From Minisyncoccota bacterium (GTDB lineage Bacteria > Patescibacteriota > Minisyncoccia > Phycocordibacterales > UBA9973): DNA of 64,000 nt. Position numbers and translations under genes: made by a program. Below the pieces are notes generated by a model. The model did not search any database. It was not told the DNA's origin and saw nothing but the letters and a program-made list of their open reading frames with translations. This document shows, piece by piece, positions 62,630-64,000 of this stretch (positions within the stretch are counted from its first letter, which is position 1; every line of letters begins with the position of its first letter). The stretch covers positions 128,740 to 192,739 of the forward strand of contig JBAZRK010000002.1 in assembly GCA_041663005.1 (NCBI GenBank), in the 5' to 3' direction.

Positions 62630-64000
62630 GTGAAAAAAACCATTCTAGAGAAGATTTTTAGCGCACCGGTAGAAATCCTTGAAAAAGGAGTTGAAACTGG
62701 GATAAACATTGAGCACAAAATAGGAGAAGAAAAACAAGTTAAAGCTGTAAAAAACTTTTGGAAAAATTTGGGTCCTGGGCTCACTACTGGAGCGGCTGAT
62801 GATGACCCTTCGGGAATTGCCACTTATTCCCAAATAGGTGCGTCTCAGGGGTTTAGCCTTTTATGGCTCGCACCTTTTTCCCTGCCGATGATGGGAGTTG
62901 TGCAAGAAATGTGCGCTCGTATAGGTCTTGCTACTGGCGTGGGGTTAGCGGCGAACATCAAACGGCACTATTCTAAAAAGATTTTATATTTTTGTACAGC
63001 GCTTCTTTTATTTGCGAACGTTTTTAACATCGGCGCCGACCTGGGGGCAATGGCTAAAGGGGTTCAACTTATTGTGCCGTGGTTGCCATTTGCTGGACTT
63101 GTGCTCGGTTTTGCTATTGTGTCCTTGTTTCTCCAAATTTTCATTTCCTATAAGACATATGCAGAATATTTAAAATATCTAACCTTTGTTTTGTTTGGAT
63201 ACGTCATCACGGCATTTTTCGTAGAGATCGATTGGAGCACAGTAATGCTTCATACTTTTGTGCCAACTTTTTCTTTTTCGAAAGCTATTATAGTACTGAT
63301 TTGCGCCGCGCTTGGGACGACGATTTCTCCCTACTTATTCTTCTGGCAATCTTCACAGGAAGTAGAAGAGCAGGTATTGCATGGTGAAAAAACTGAAGAA
63401 GCCCGAAGGATGACAACATCCGAAGGCGACATTAAAAAAATGCGGATAGATGTATGGTCTGGAGCCTTTGTTTCTAACATTGTAATGTTTTTTATTGTGG
63501 CTGTTTGTGCGGCGACACTATATCAAGCGGGAATTACAAATATTGACTCTGCTTCTGATGCGGCTATTGCCCTTCGTCCTTTCGCGGGTAACTTCGCTTT
63601 TATGTTGTTTGCCATAGGAATTATTGGCACAGGACTTCTAGCTATTCCAGTCTTGGCGGGGTCTGCTTCTTATGCAATTTCTGAATCTTTTGGCTGGAAG
63701 ACGGGGCTATATCGTAAACTAAAACAAGCCACTTCTTTTTATGGGGTTATAATCGTAGCTGTGGTGTTGGGAATCTTCTTAAATTTTATAGGACTTGATC
63801 CAATCAAAACCCTTATTTATTCCGCGGTGCTGAATGGAATTATCTCTCCAGTTATGATATTTTTAATTATCCGACTTTCGAGCAATGGCGAGATAATGGG
63901 AAATTTTAAGAATAAAAAAATGGGGAAAACCTTTGGCTGGTTGACCTTTGTTTTGATTTCTGTCGTTAGTGTCGGGGCAGTGGTTTCAATGTTTATTTAA
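62630..64000 (+). CDS. mntH: Nramp-family divalent metal cation transporter
   Basis: GPGLTTGAADDDPSGIATYSQIGA consensus Nramp motif. Polytopic membrane protein. The stop codon is the last triplet of the window. Confidence 0.8.
   Translation: MKKTILEKIFSAPVEILEKGVETGINIEHKIGEEKQVKAVKNFWKNLGPGLTTGAADDDPSGIATYSQIGASQGFSLLWLAPFSLPMMGVVQEMCARIGLATGVGLAANIKRHYSKKILYFCTALLLFANVFNIGADLGAMAKGVQLIVPWLPFAGLVLGFAIVSLFLQIFISYKTYAEYLKYLTFVLFGYVITAFFVEIDWSTVMLHTFVPTFSFSKAIIVLICAALGTTISPYLFFWQSSQEVEEQVLHGEKTEEARRMTTSEGDIKKMRIDVWSGAFVSNIVMFFIVAVCAATLYQAGITNIDSASDAAIALRPFAGNFAFMLFAIGIIGTGLLAIPVLAGSASYAISESFGWKTGLYRKLKQATSFYGVIIVAVVLGIFLNFIGLDPIKTLIYSAVLNGIISPVMIFLIIRLSSNGEIMGNFKNKKMGKTFGWLTFVLISVVSVGAVVSMFI

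Noticed and set aside
1-64000. CRISPR arrays
   Set aside because: No array of regularly spaced direct repeats was seen. The only recurrent short repeats are the palindromic inserts and the island-flanking palindrome.

Overview
This is an AT-rich, gene-dense bacterial segment that looks like a reduced Patescibacteria/CPR-type genome. YebC and UvrC are short, there are many small membrane proteins, and type IV pilus and T4SS-like parts are present. All calls are from reading the sequence; no searches were run.

The window spans the chromosomal replication origin. rpmH-rnpA-yidD-yidC-jag lie on the minus strand and dnaA-dnaN on the plus strand, with a consensus DnaA box at 7342-7350 and an extremely AT-rich dnaA-dnaN spacer.

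The rest is mostly housekeeping, with a dense concentration of DNA repair and recombination genes:
- ruvC, yebC, ruvB, polA, uvrB, uvrA, uvrC, family-4 udg, mutM, ruvA
- PBP1A, tyrS, tsaE, tsaC, an ABC-F ATPase, two pseudouridine synthases, a TrmH-like methyltransferase
- rpsT, rplS, cspA, a P-type ATPase, a CorC/CNNM-family protein, an Nramp transporter, an aminotransferase
- type IV pilus genes pilB and pilMNO, and seven tRNAs

Features that do not fit the housekeeping background:
1. A T4SS-like module at the window start: a VirB4-type ATPase plus a membrane-anchored Cys-rich lysozyme/SLT-like protein.
2. A double-motif LAGLIDADG endonuclease next to a ~450-nt GC-rich, hairpin-dense non-coding element inserted between ruvB and yebC.
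3. Short GC-rich palindromic elements inserted in frame inside uvrA (two near-identical 36-nt copies), uvrB and possibly polA.
4. A 4.1-kb island between uvrB and uvrA, bounded by an identical 18-bp palindrome, encoding a CrtI-like flavoprotein, a lycopene-cyclase-domain protein, a GDPD-like and an EEP-family enzyme, plus an IS30-like HTH remnant.
5. A surface-protein neighbourhood containing a strongly GC-rich 1.8-kb block next to a tRNA.
6. A second HTH-LAGLIDADG-like gene beside a tRNA pair.
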